A stretch of DNA of 64,000 nt from Candidatus Latescibacterota bacterium (GTDB taxonomy: Bacteria; Latescibacterota; UBA2968; UBA8231): positions 704,001 to 768,000 of the forward strand of contig OZ242214.1 of the NCBI GenBank assembly GCA_965206595.1, written 5' to 3'. The notes beneath the pieces were generated by a model. It made no database searches. It was given only the letters and a program-made list of their open reading frames with translations, and was not told where the DNA came from. Position numbers and translations under genes: made by a program. Below, piece after piece: positions 1 through 9,090 of the stretch. Each line of letters begins with the position of its first letter. The first letter of the stretch is position 1.

Positions 1-1231
1 GAAATTTCTCGATGCGGCCGGGCACTATATTGCTTCTCAAAAAAGCATGGAGAGTATGTGCGCCGTTTCAGCGCATGCAGCGGCGTTAATGATGGTTTCG
101 GATCTGAGAGAAGCCGCCAATGGATTCGAAACAGCCAGGGCCCTGTCGCAAAAGCAAAAAGAGATTCCGTTCGAAATTGCGTCTGGGATCAACCTGGGCC
201 AGGTTTACTCAGATCTGGGCGAGACAGACAACTCGGAAGAGGTATTTGACCGGGCTATCAAAACGGCGAAAGAAAATGGTGTTGGGTCTTTGCTTGCAAT
301 GGCCATCCATCAAAAAGGACTTCTCCAACTCAGGATCGGAGAATACGAAAAGGCGATGTCCTGCTGCGAGATGGCCCTTACGGTGTTCGAAACGATCCAG
401 GCAGGAAGGGGGCTCGTAGCCGTGCGTTGTACCATGGGTATAGTTTATCTGTCCCGGGGGCAAATTCGGGAGGCGGAAAAAATATTCGGCGAAAACATGA
501 GATCGGTCGCAAATCGGCAGATGTCCCAGGATCATGTCCGCATTCTGACGAATTATGCAATTTTACATTTAATGAATAATCGGTTGAACGAGGCAGCGGA
601 GCTGTTGGCCAAGGTTTTGGAAACGAATACCAGGTTGGGGGATGACCATCACAAGGCAAAAATTTTGGTTTTATCAGGTGAGATATCAGGTACAGACGAG
701 CCAACATCTGGCCTCTTGTGGATTCAAAAGGGATTGGCCTTAATTAGGGAACTGGAATACAAGAAAGGAGAAGTGGATATTCTCGTCCGTTTAAGCATGC
801 AACAAGTTGCCATGGGGGATTACAAGGCAGGGAAAATTTCATTGGAGAAGGCCCGTGCGGTGGCGACTGCGATTGGGTATGCCAATGGTAAATTTCGAAG
901 TGGAAATTCCCTGGCCGAAGTTTATTCGATGGAAGGGCATGGGGAGCGCGCCATGCATATCACGAAAAATATCGTTGAAGCGGCTCGAAAAACCCGGAAT
1001 ATTTTCGAGGAGATAAGGGCGTACGAAAGGATTGGTATCATACTGGTCGGGCAAAACGATGTGTTCCAGGGATTGTCCTATTTTGAAAGGGCCGTGGAAA
1101 TGGCAAACAATGTCGGTTGCCACGTGCTGAAAAGTGAAATGTCGACGAGAATAGGAATGATTTTTGAACTAAAAGGATTGGTTGAGTTGGCTGATGAATT
1201 TAAAGCACGAAGGGTGGTCCTGATGAGCTGA
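1..1231 (+). CDS. Tetratricopeptide-repeat protein (5' end lies outside the window)
   Basis: Frame is open from nt 2 to the TGA at 1229-1231. Repeated TPR-like helices (NLGQVYSDLG, MGIVYLSRGQ, IGIILVGQND). Confidence 0.8.
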   Translation, partial: KFLDAAGHYIASQKSMESMCAVSAHAAALMMVSDLREAANGFETARALSQKQKEIPFEIASGINLGQVYSDLGETDNSEEVFDRAIKTAKENGVGSLLAMAIHQKGLLQLRIGEYEKAMSCCEMALTVFETIQAGRGLVAVRCTMGIVYLSRGQIREAEKIFGENMRSVANRQMSQDHVRILTNYAILHLMNNRLNEAAELLAKVLETNTRLGDDHHKAKILVLSGEISGTDEPTSGLLWIQKGLALIRELEYKKGEVDILVRLSMQQVAMGDYKAGKISLEKARAVATAIGYANGKFRSGNSLAEVYSMEGHGERAMHITKNIVEAARKTRNIFEEIRAYERIGIILVGQNDVFQGLSYFERAVEMANNVGCHVLKSEMSTRIGMIFELKGLVELADEFKARRVVLMS

Positions 1232-1388
1232 ATGAATTAACATGACACTAGTTGAGACGGGCGTCAGATTGGGGGCGCAGGGTGATCGAGGACAAGATGA
1301 AATTTCGCGGAAACGAACCCGAATTTCAGGCCCTTGTTGAGGGAGGCCACTCCTTTACCAAATTCATAACCTTGAAAGGGCTAGACTT

Positions 1389-1613
1389 ATGAAACCATTG
1401 AAGAAACCTTCATACAGGGACTACGATGCATCGGGCAACGTCGATGCCTATCACGATGAGTTGACAGGTTTGAAGTTCTTTGTTTGCGGTTTAGCAACTG
1501 TTGCTGCATTAGCTTCTTCAGTGATTACTGGGCCGCTCGGCGGGGCACTGGCGGTTTCGTCAGCCTTGCACTGTGGCTTTATCACCGCTGTAAGCTACGG
1601 CTGGTTTGGTTGA
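1389..1613 (+). CDS. Putative bacteriocin/RiPP precursor peptide, 74 aa
   Basis: RBS-like GAAAGGG 8 nt upstream. Charged leader MKPLKKP...NVDAY, then an Ala/Gly/Ser-rich hydrophobic core with Cys33 and Cys62. Lies directly before the exporter genes. Confidence 0.7.
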   Translation: MKPLKKPSYRDYDASGNVDAYHDELTGLKFFVCGLATVAALASSVITGPLGGALAVSSALHCGFITAVSYGWFG

Positions 1614-1821
1614 TGAAAACGAACGAGGCTTGAATTTGAGCCTCCAGATTTAATCTGAAGGAGATGGCCTCCCTCACTTTTATTTGTGGCGAATATGAAG
1701 GAACATGTAACTGTCTGAAAGAATGGAAGAGAGTCCAGGGTAAGCATGGGGTGTAACTCATAAATGAGAAAAAGAGTCTGAGTTTGGTCCCTACCCCCTC
1801 GAATCGGAAATTCAGATAAAA

Positions 1822-3447
1822 ATGCTAAAAGTTTGGTGGTACATGACATGGCTCCGTTTAAAGGTCGAGCGAACTGAATCAAAATCGGGTCCTGGAAGTT
1901 ATGCCGTTAAAATATCGGGGGAGATAGCGATCCTGGTCCTCTCGCTCTGGGCCTCGGCAGGCGTACACCACGCGTTGCTTCATGCTATGGGTAACGAGGG
2001 CTTGATGGTTCGGGAATTGCTTCACGCATTGTTTGCCGGTTTGTCGGTGGTATGGGTGGTTCTAGGGCTCAAGAGTATCCTGAGTACTTCTGTTTGTAAG
2101 GACCTTCGCGAAACCGTCAAGTATCCATGGACCTACAAACAGGTTTACGCTGCCGGAGTGGTTAGAACCCTTTCTGACCGATGGCTGATTATGTTTGCAC
2201 CTGTTTTGGTCTCTTCGGCGATGGCATGTGGATTGTTGAAATCAATAAAAACCGGACTTATCTGCGGTTTTTCAATGATTGCGTTTGCTGTGCTGATGGT
2301 AAGCTGGATTCAGGCGTTGCGTTCGTGGATAGATATTTCCCTTAGTTGGTGGATATCCAAATACGGTTTGGTCATACTTACAAGCTTAGCTTTCCTCATG
2401 GTAAATCTGATGTTGGCTTTGCTTCTTTTGAAGGATGGGTACATGCAGGAAATGATAACTCAATTAGGAAAACTTCGTTTGTCTTCCTATCTCAGATTTA
2501 CACCACCGGGCATGCTCGGTGATATTTTCTATTTTCTGAGTCGGGGAAGAACTTATGATTCGATAGTCTGTTTCCTTGGGCTTATGGGATACCTCTCATT
2601 GGGGTATCTCGTGTCACGCAGAAGCACCATGAGTCTGATCTTCAACGAACCCTCGGTTAGTAGAGGAAGTCAGGGGCTACCAGGCAATATTTATTTTAAA
2701 ATGTGTGGCATTGCGGAGCGCTTTCTTCCCATGAAGTATATCCCTTTTTTTACCCACGAGCTATTATATCTTTGTAGATGGAATCAGTTCCGGGTAATGG
2801 CCGTTTTCCAAGTAGTTATTGCCTGGTGCATGTCTGTAGTAGTCCTTTCGGCACGGTTTGAGTACTATTGGGCCTTCTTGGTTTTCTATTTCGGGGGAAT
2901 GAGTGGTTTCATGCACTCCCTCTTCAATAAAGAGTCTAAAGGTGTTGTTCACCACTTTCTTTTGCCGATTCATTTACGAGATGTGCTTATCAGTAAAAAT
3001 TTGGCATTGGTATGTCTTCAGATTTTCATTAACTGGATGTATCTTCCAGGGATCCTTTTCTGGATCTGGCAAGGGAAGGAAACAGACCTGACACTGGCCC
3101 TTGCATTGATTCCATTCACCGTTTGCGTTCCCATTTACGTTGCCGCGACAGGAAATTTTTCATCCGTTTTTTTTCCAAAGAAACTCAAATCCTTTGGTTC
3201 GATGAGTCAGAGATCCTGGTCGATTCAAAGTGTTTGGTTGATTTTAATTGCCTGGCTGCCCGCGGTTATTTTTATCGGAATCAACGTTTACGTTTTCCAT
3301 TTTGTCTTACGTTCCCCACAATTGACGATTTTCAGCTTTTTCCTAGTTTTTCTAGTGAGTCTGGGTACCTACTTTTTTGCCATCAAAAAATCATCAGCTC
3401 TTATGAAATCCAGACAAGAAAAACTGCTGCAAGTGCTTTTCAAATAG
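1822..3447 (+). CDS. Polytopic membrane protein, putative ABC exporter/immunity permease
   Basis: 541 aa with many hydrophobic segments in two halves. Adjacent to an ABC ATPase. Confidence 0.7.
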   Translation: MLKVWWYMTWLRLKVERTESKSGPGSYAVKISGEIAILVLSLWASAGVHHALLHAMGNEGLMVRELLHALFAGLSVVWVVLGLKSILSTSVCKDLRETVKYPWTYKQVYAAGVVRTLSDRWLIMFAPVLVSSAMACGLLKSIKTGLICGFSMIAFAVLMVSWIQALRSWIDISLSWWISKYGLVILTSLAFLMVNLMLALLLLKDGYMQEMITQLGKLRLSSYLRFTPPGMLGDIFYFLSRGRTYDSIVCFLGLMGYLSLGYLVSRRSTMSLIFNEPSVSRGSQGLPGNIYFKMCGIAERFLPMKYIPFFTHELLYLCRWNQFRVMAVFQVVIAWCMSVVVLSARFEYYWAFLVFYFGGMSGFMHSLFNKESKGVVHHFLLPIHLRDVLISKNLALVCLQIFINWMYLPGILFWIWQGKETDLTLALALIPFTVCVPIYVAATGNFSSVFFPKKLKSFGSMSQRSWSIQSVWLILIAWLPAVIFIGINVYVFHFVLRSPQLTIFSFFLVFLVSLGTYFFAIKKSSALMKSRQEKLLQVLFK

Positions 3448-3460
3448 GGAAGGCCCAGAA

Positions 3461-4240
3461 ATGAACGTAGCCATATCCGCACAAAACCTGATCAAGGAAT
3501 TCGGGCCTGTCACTGCTGTGAAAAATCTTTCCCTTTCCATAAACGAAGGAACCTTTTTCGGTCTCCTTGGAACCAACGGGGCGGGAAAGACAACAGCCGT
3601 TGGGATGCTTTCCGGGTTGCTCCAACCCACGTCAGGTATCGTCCAGATCCTTGGTAAGAACTTTCACCTCCATGGGATCGAAATTAAACGCCAACTCGGT
3701 GTTATGACAGACACCCTTGGCCTGTACGAACAATTGACTGGAGCGGAGTACCTCGCATTTATCGGCAAAGTTTTCTCCATCCCCGACCGGGTTATCTTCG
3801 CCAGGTGTGAAGAATTATTTGAATTGATGGGTTTGGCAGCTGCGCGCAACGGGTTCATTTATAGATATTCCTCGGGGATGAAGAAAAAGCTTTACCTGGC
3901 CTCCTTATTCATCAGGTCTCCCCGCGTTTTAATTATGGACGAACCTTTCGAGGGAATTGATCCGGCCTCCGCAATAGTCATACAGGAGGTCCTCCTCTCC
4001 ATGCAGGATCGGGGAATCACCATTTTTCTCACCTCTCATAATCTGGAACTGGTTGAAAAGCTTTGTTCGAAGGTTGCCATAATGCATGAGGGAGAGATCA
4101 TTCACACGGCCAAACGGGACCGTTATCCGCCCGCCGCAGGGAGAGTTTCCGGCCTGGAGAAAGTTTTCCTGGAGCTCGTGCGTCACCCCGGTCAAGGCGG
4201 GAACCTCTCCTGGCTGAATGCAGGGCCGTCTCCGGTATAG
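3461..4240 (+). CDS. ABC transporter ATP-binding protein (ABC-2/drug export type)
   Basis: Walker A GTNGAGKT, signature YSSGM, Walker B LIMDEP, H-loop TSH. Confidence 0.95.
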   Translation: MNVAISAQNLIKEFGPVTAVKNLSLSINEGTFFGLLGTNGAGKTTAVGMLSGLLQPTSGIVQILGKNFHLHGIEIKRQLGVMTDTLGLYEQLTGAEYLAFIGKVFSIPDRVIFARCEELFELMGLAAARNGFIYRYSSGMKKKLYLASLFIRSPRVLIMDEPFEGIDPASAIVIQEVLLSMQDRGITIFLTSHNLELVEKLCSKVAIMHEGEIIHTAKRDRYPPAAGRVSGLEKVFLELVRHPGQGGNLSWLNAGPSPV

Positions 4241-4348
4241 TGTCCTGTCCACAAATACCCAAACCGTCGCTTCCGCTTCCTCCGCCAATCCGTCCTGTCT
4301 TCACGCTTTCGCGGCTTTCCCCCACCTGATGGATGCAGCTGATGCAAG

Positions 4349-6163
4349 ATGGGCTTCTTTCGACAACTTGAGCTAGCGCGGCAAAGGGGCTTTACCCTCC
4401 GCCAGGTTTTTACCTCCAGCCCGTCACCGGGTGTGGGACGATTCCTTTTTTTGCGGCTGCTTTTCTTTTTTCAGCCCTACTGGATTCGGGTAATCGAAGC
4501 CGCCGCCTGCATGGTCTTCTCCACTGTATTGGCCCTTCCCATGCCCTTGTTCTCCATTTACATAATCGACCATATTATCGTGAACCATCAGGAGGATATT
4601 CTCCATTTGGTCTGCGCTGTGCTAGGGACCATTGTCCTTTTGGGAATGGTTTTGAGTTTTTTACAGCACTATTTGCTGCTGATATTTACCAGACGGGTGT
4701 TTTTCGATATAGAACTGAAATTGTTTCAAAAGATTCATTCGGTACCACTCTCCTATTTGAAAGCCCACGCTAGCGGCTACATTGCCACAAGAATCAGCGA
4801 CGATGTCAGGCAGCTTGGGTCCATGATGGCCGGAGCCTATATCGAAGGACTCAGCAGCATCACCGTTTTAGTCGCCGCGACCTGCATCATGTTCACCATT
4901 AACGCGGAATTGGGCTTTGCCGTCCTTGTTGTGTTACCGGGGATTGTTGCCGTCAATTTTTTGTTTGGGCGCAAAGTCCAGGTGCTGAGTGACCGGGTGC
5001 AGGAGCGAAAGGGCATCACGAATGCTGTCCGGTTGGAGTCCCTGGAATCGGCGCACGTAGTCAGGGCGTTCGACCGGGAAAAATTGGAAGCACGTCGGCT
5101 TGTGTCCGCCTTGCACTCCGAATTCGACGCCGATCTGTCCAGAAATGTCACCATGACCTGCGGCCATCTGGTGCAGGTTTTTCTCTATGCTCTCGGCGGA
5201 ATTCTCCTGCTGTGGTACGGGACCTACGCAATCATGCGCGACGAGCTGACCCTCGGTGAATTCATGGCCTTCAATATGCTGGTTTCCTATATATACGGAC
5301 CGATAGGGCAGCTCACTGGAATTTACCTGAACTTCAAGCGAGGAGTAGGAGTCTTGAAACGGGTTTTTGGGGTTCTGGATGTTCCGGAAGAAAAAGGACG
5401 AGGCGGAAGCTTTCGGAGCCCAGCAAAGACTGGAAAAGTTGTCATTGAGGATTTGCATTTTGGGTACATTCCCCAGCTTCCGGTATTGAAGGGAGTAAAC
5501 CTCGTCCTTGAACCTGGAAAAATATCTGTCGTAGTGGGGCCCAGCGGGTCCGGAAAAACCACCTTGGTTCATCTTCTGTTACGGCTGTACGAGCCGATTT
5601 CGGGTCGAATGCTGCTCGACGGGTACGATTTTCTATCATATGACGTACGCGTGCTTCGCCGGAACGTCGCGCTTGTCGAACAGAACCTCCGGTTGTTTCC
5701 CGGGACCATTTGGGAGAATATCGCCTACGGCAAGCCGGGGGCTACCAAGGAGGAGGTTCTGGCTGCGGCGGAATCCACCAATTGCATGGAGTTCATCAAC
5801 CGGTTTCCAGCCCGCTTGGAGACGCGGCTTAGTGGCGACGGCGTCCAACTTTCCGCCGGGCAGAAGCAGCGCGTTGCGTTAGCCCGCGCCCTGATCCGGG
5901 ATCCCAGACTTCTCGTGCTGGACGAGGGCACCGCCTCACTTGATCCACGGGCGGAAAATCTCGTTGGGGACTCGTTGCGCCGCGCCGCGCAGGGCCGTAC
6001 GACGCTACTGGTCGCCCACCGTCTTTCCACGGTGTTGTTCGCAGATCGAATTTTCGTGCTGGTGGGGGGCCGGATCGTTGAGGAGGGTACGTTACAGGAG
6101 CTTCTTCGAACGGGGGGGCATTTCACCACCATATACGAGCAGAACTTGAAGAGGGCAGGATGA
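4349..6163 (+). CDS. ABC exporter, fused permease+ATPase, without a C39 peptidase domain
   Basis: N-terminal ABC membrane domain, then GPSGSGKT, LSAGQKQR and LVLDE. Confidence 0.93.
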   Translation: MGFFRQLELARQRGFTLRQVFTSSPSPGVGRFLFLRLLFFFQPYWIRVIEAAACMVFSTVLALPMPLFSIYIIDHIIVNHQEDILHLVCAVLGTIVLLGMVLSFLQHYLLLIFTRRVFFDIELKLFQKIHSVPLSYLKAHASGYIATRISDDVRQLGSMMAGAYIEGLSSITVLVAATCIMFTINAELGFAVLVVLPGIVAVNFLFGRKVQVLSDRVQERKGITNAVRLESLESAHVVRAFDREKLEARRLVSALHSEFDADLSRNVTMTCGHLVQVFLYALGGILLLWYGTYAIMRDELTLGEFMAFNMLVSYIYGPIGQLTGIYLNFKRGVGVLKRVFGVLDVPEEKGRGGSFRSPAKTGKVVIEDLHFGYIPQLPVLKGVNLVLEPGKISVVVGPSGSGKTTLVHLLLRLYEPISGRMLLDGYDFLSYDVRVLRRNVALVEQNLRLFPGTIWENIAYGKPGATKEEVLAAAESTNCMEFINRFPARLETRLSGDGVQLSAGQKQRVALARALIRDPRLLVLDEGTASLDPRAENLVGDSLRRAAQGRTTLLVAHRLSTVLFADRIFVLVGGRIVEEGTLQELLRTGGHFTTIYEQNLKRAG

Positions 6164-6603
6164 GAATCCCGGCAACAATCGAATGGCGCGCGGGTGCCAT
6201 GCTCGTCGGGGCGGCCGCGGTTTTCCTCCTTCTGCTGATTGTCCTTACGGTGACGCGCATGGATGTGGGGATGGAAGTCGAGGGGAAGATCATGCTCACA
6301 GAGACGGGTTGGGTAATGACCACCAAGGTTCCTGGGGACCGGGTCGCTTTTTTGCACAGGTGCAGGCAACTCAAAATCCGGAGCCGTGGAAATGAGGTCA
6401 GGTACGTGGAGGTCGGAAAGGTAAGTGGATGCCTAGCGGACGGGGAGCCCTCGGTTGCAGTGCGGATCGAAATCGACGGGACAGGGGGCGATGCAGCCGG
6501 GACGGACTCCTTTCAGGTGGTAGAAGCTACGCTCGTGCAAGAGCAAGGGGTGTCCATCCTGAGAGCCCTGTTCTCCAGTATCCTGGATCGCCCCGGAGTT
6601 TAG
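6160..6603 (+). CDS. Small membrane-anchored protein, possibly a minimal HlyD-like adaptor
   Basis: ATGA overlap with the exporter. One N-terminal TM helix followed by a beta-rich region. Confidence 0.55.
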   Translation: MRIPATIEWRAGAMLVGAAAVFLLLLIVLTVTRMDVGMEVEGKIMLTETGWVMTTKVPGDRVAFLHRCRQLKIRSRGNEVRYVEVGKVSGCLADGEPSVAVRIEIDGTGGDAAGTDSFQVVEATLVQEQGVSILRALFSSILDRPGV

Positions 6604-6756
6604 GGCTTGCCACTATCAACTTAGCTGCCGGGGCCATGTTTCCACGGCGCAGAATTTCCATGGTTTTTCGGGTCACCATTCCCCGTGAATCCTTACGGGA
6701 GGCACTTCGTGGTTTACGCTTTCCACAATAGTGGATTCAAGCTGAGACTGAGACTT

Positions 6757-7383
6757 ATGAGAAGTCGCCGCAGACTCATTGCAACGTCAATTTTGTCAGG
6801 CATCCTGGGAATCGCAGCTTTCGGGCTCCTGTGGTTTCACAACCGGTACGGCGTCGAAAACATCATCCTCACAGGGCACACCTTTCCGCGCCTTGAGCTC
6901 ACGGATCTTGCGGGAGAGACCGTTGACCTCGACAGCTTTCGCGGCAAGAAGATAATCGCCGTGTTCCTCGATCTGGGTTGCGGTTATTGCCAAGAACAGC
7001 TCAAAGTCCTGGACGCAATACACCACCAGCATGGGCAGGACGGCAAATTCTCCATAGTAGCTGTTGCTACCTACGGCTCCGTTGTGCCTCGAAACTTCCA
7101 GTCCGGTGATGCTTTTTCCTTTCCGCTCTGGATGGAATCCAAGCTTCAACTACGAGAAAAACTCGGAACCTCAGCTGTCCCGGCACTGTTTCTCATCGAC
7201 GAGGAAGGCATCCTGTTGCATAAGCACGTAGGTTATAAGGCCTTTCGGCAAGTCCGAGGAATCATTGATTCCATGGTTCAGGATCACAAGTCCCGGTGTC
7301 CTCTCTCATCAATCCCTCGCTATTCCACCGGCGGTCCGTCCGGGCTGTCGGCGTTGCCTTCAGTCGCCCGTTCTCCCCGGTAA
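6757..7383 (+). CDS. Membrane-anchored TlpA/ResA-like thiol-disulfide redoxin
   Basis: N-terminal TM helix, CGYC motif, VPALFLIDEEG cis-Pro loop. ATG 6757 is preferred over the ORF start at 6685. Confidence 0.85.
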   Translation: MRSRRRLIATSILSGILGIAAFGLLWFHNRYGVENIILTGHTFPRLELTDLAGETVDLDSFRGKKIIAVFLDLGCGYCQEQLKVLDAIHHQHGQDGKFSIVAVATYGSVVPRNFQSGDAFSFPLWMESKLQLREKLGTSAVPALFLIDEEGILLHKHVGYKAFRQVRGIIDSMVQDHKSRCPLSSIPRYSTGGPSGLSALPSVARSPR

Positions 7384-7431
7384 GACTCGCCCCTCCGGTT
7401 TGCGCAAACCGATTGCCTGAACTGCGGATAC

Positions 7432-8118
7432 ATGGCTTTTCTTCCTTCCCTGCGACGCCTGGCCCTGGTGATTTTCTCGCCTTTCCTCGCATTCGACGAA
7501 ATTTCCGAACAGCCGACCTGGATATGCGCATATTTCACAATCGCTTTTGCAACTGCCATTTCGGCCTGGTATACTACCACGGTTTTTCAGCAGACCTTGT
7601 TCCTTGTTCCTGGTACTCTTCCGGATTCCCAGGCAGCTGGCGTATCATCGATCGAACAGGCAGTAAGGTATGCATCTACGGCGGTTTCCTTTTTCGTAAC
7701 TTTGCTTTCCTGGTCCGTTTCCGCGTTTCTACTCTGGTTGATTATTCAAATCTTCGAGGGATTGGCCAGCATCAAATCGATCTTGTCGGTGGTTGCGCAC
7801 GCAAGCGTCGCTACCCTGCTCCACGTTGTAACGGGATCGATCATCCTTTTCATCCGAACCCAAAACGGCGAGCTTGCCCCTGAGATTCTGCAGATAAGAA
7901 TGGGGCTCGATCTCTTTTGGAAAGAGACGACCCACCCTGTCCTGAATGTGATCCTTGCGGACGTCAATCCGTTCAAGGTGTGGTATAACTTTCTTCTGAC
8001 TCTCGGTATTCAAAGGGCCTGTCGATTCAGCTGGCTGCGCGCCGGCGGCATCGTTGGCGTGTTTTGGCTGGTAACACTCGCCTTGTGGGCCGGTTTCACC
8101 TTCGTGCTGCCGTCATAA
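7432..8118 (+). CDS. YIP1 family membrane protein
   Basis: N-terminal 'IFSPFLAFDEISEQPTW' pattern, about 5 TM helices, 'NPFKVW...LGI' C-terminal pattern. Confidence 0.75.
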   Translation: MAFLPSLRRLALVIFSPFLAFDEISEQPTWICAYFTIAFATAISAWYTTTVFQQTLFLVPGTLPDSQAAGVSSIEQAVRYASTAVSFFVTLLSWSVSAFLLWLIIQIFEGLASIKSILSVVAHASVATLLHVVTGSIILFIRTQNGELAPEILQIRMGLDLFWKETTHPVLNVILADVNPFKVWYNFLLTLGIQRACRFSWLRAGGIVGVFWLVTLALWAGFTFVLPS

Positions 8119-8248
8119 CCCTCATCGGCTTACAGCGCCCGTGGAAGCTCCATCCGAGCAGCCTCCCCGGCGCCCGGGAACCCGGTGTTGCGCTTGCCTC
8201 CTCGGCAGCCCTGTGGTAGACTCCAGCGCCATCTGCCCCTCCAACCTT

Positions 8249-9049
8249 GTGCTTTTAACCACCATCCTGGCCGTGACCCTCCTGTCCGGCCTTTACACCT
8301 CTCTCTGGGGCGCCTTCAAGGACTCTCCCTTCGAGGGGTTCAAGCCGCGAACCTTCCCTCGCAGCATCTGGTTCAGCCTCGCCATTTTCCTGGTGCTGTA
8401 TACCCTTCCCCCGTTCAGCCATCGCCTGGCCGGAGTCGGGATGTTCCAGCTCTTCTTCCTGGTCATGGGGATCGAGCGGTTCCTCGCCGAGATCTACAAG
8501 GGCTTCTTCCGCACCGAAGACCAGGAGAAGTACTTCGTCCCCTCCCAAATCACCTTTTTCGGGCGGCACGTCGAGAGCGATCTCCTGCGCTACAGCGCCG
8601 GCACCGTGATCGTCGCCGCGGTGTTCGCCGTGACCCTCATAGAGATCCCCGTCGAGCGCTTCCTCTGGTTCGTCCTCATTGCCTACGCCACCGGGTTGGT
8701 TGTGTCCCTCGGAGGTGCCTACAAGGACGCCCCGTTCGAGGGGTTCAAGCCCCTGAAATTCCAGCGCTCCGGTCTCGTGCTGGCCCTTCTCAGCCCGCTG
8801 TTCTACTTCCTTAACGATCCCACCGCCCCGGTTTCGGCCGGGTTCCTCATCTACATGAACGGCGGCCTCGAGCGCTTTTCCGTCGAGTACTACAAGACCT
8901 ACGTGCAACGCAACATGTCCGGGAAGTTCCGCCCGGATCTCGTGCGTCTCGAGCAGTTCGTGCAGACCCGGGAGAAATTTCACTATCTCGCCCTGGTGAT
9001 CGTCGCCGCCCTTGCGGTGCTCTACGTCGTCGAGGTGCGCGCCTTGTAA
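8249..9049 (+). CDS. Uncharacterised membrane protein with a two-fold internal repeat
   Basis: GAFKDSPFEGFKPRTFPRS / GAYKDAPFEGFKPLKFQRS and GIERFLAEIYK / GLERFSVEYYK. Start is uncertain (ORF open from 8141). Confidence 0.75.
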   Translation: MLLTTILAVTLLSGLYTSLWGAFKDSPFEGFKPRTFPRSIWFSLAIFLVLYTLPPFSHRLAGVGMFQLFFLVMGIERFLAEIYKGFFRTEDQEKYFVPSQITFFGRHVESDLLRYSAGTVIVAAVFAVTLIEIPVERFLWFVLIAYATGLVVSLGGAYKDAPFEGFKPLKFQRSGLVLALLSPLFYFLNDPTAPVSAGFLIYMNGGLERFSVEYYKTYVQRNMSGKFRPDLVRLEQFVQTREKFHYLALVIVAALAVLYVVEVRAL

Positions 9050-9090
9050 TTCCCCCCCGTTTCCGCCTGATTCCTCGGCGGAGACATTCC

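Noticed and set aside
6751-6760. AGACTTATGA identical at the starts of the peptide (1383-1392) and redoxin genes
   Set aside because: Only 10 bp and includes the ATG, so it could be chance.
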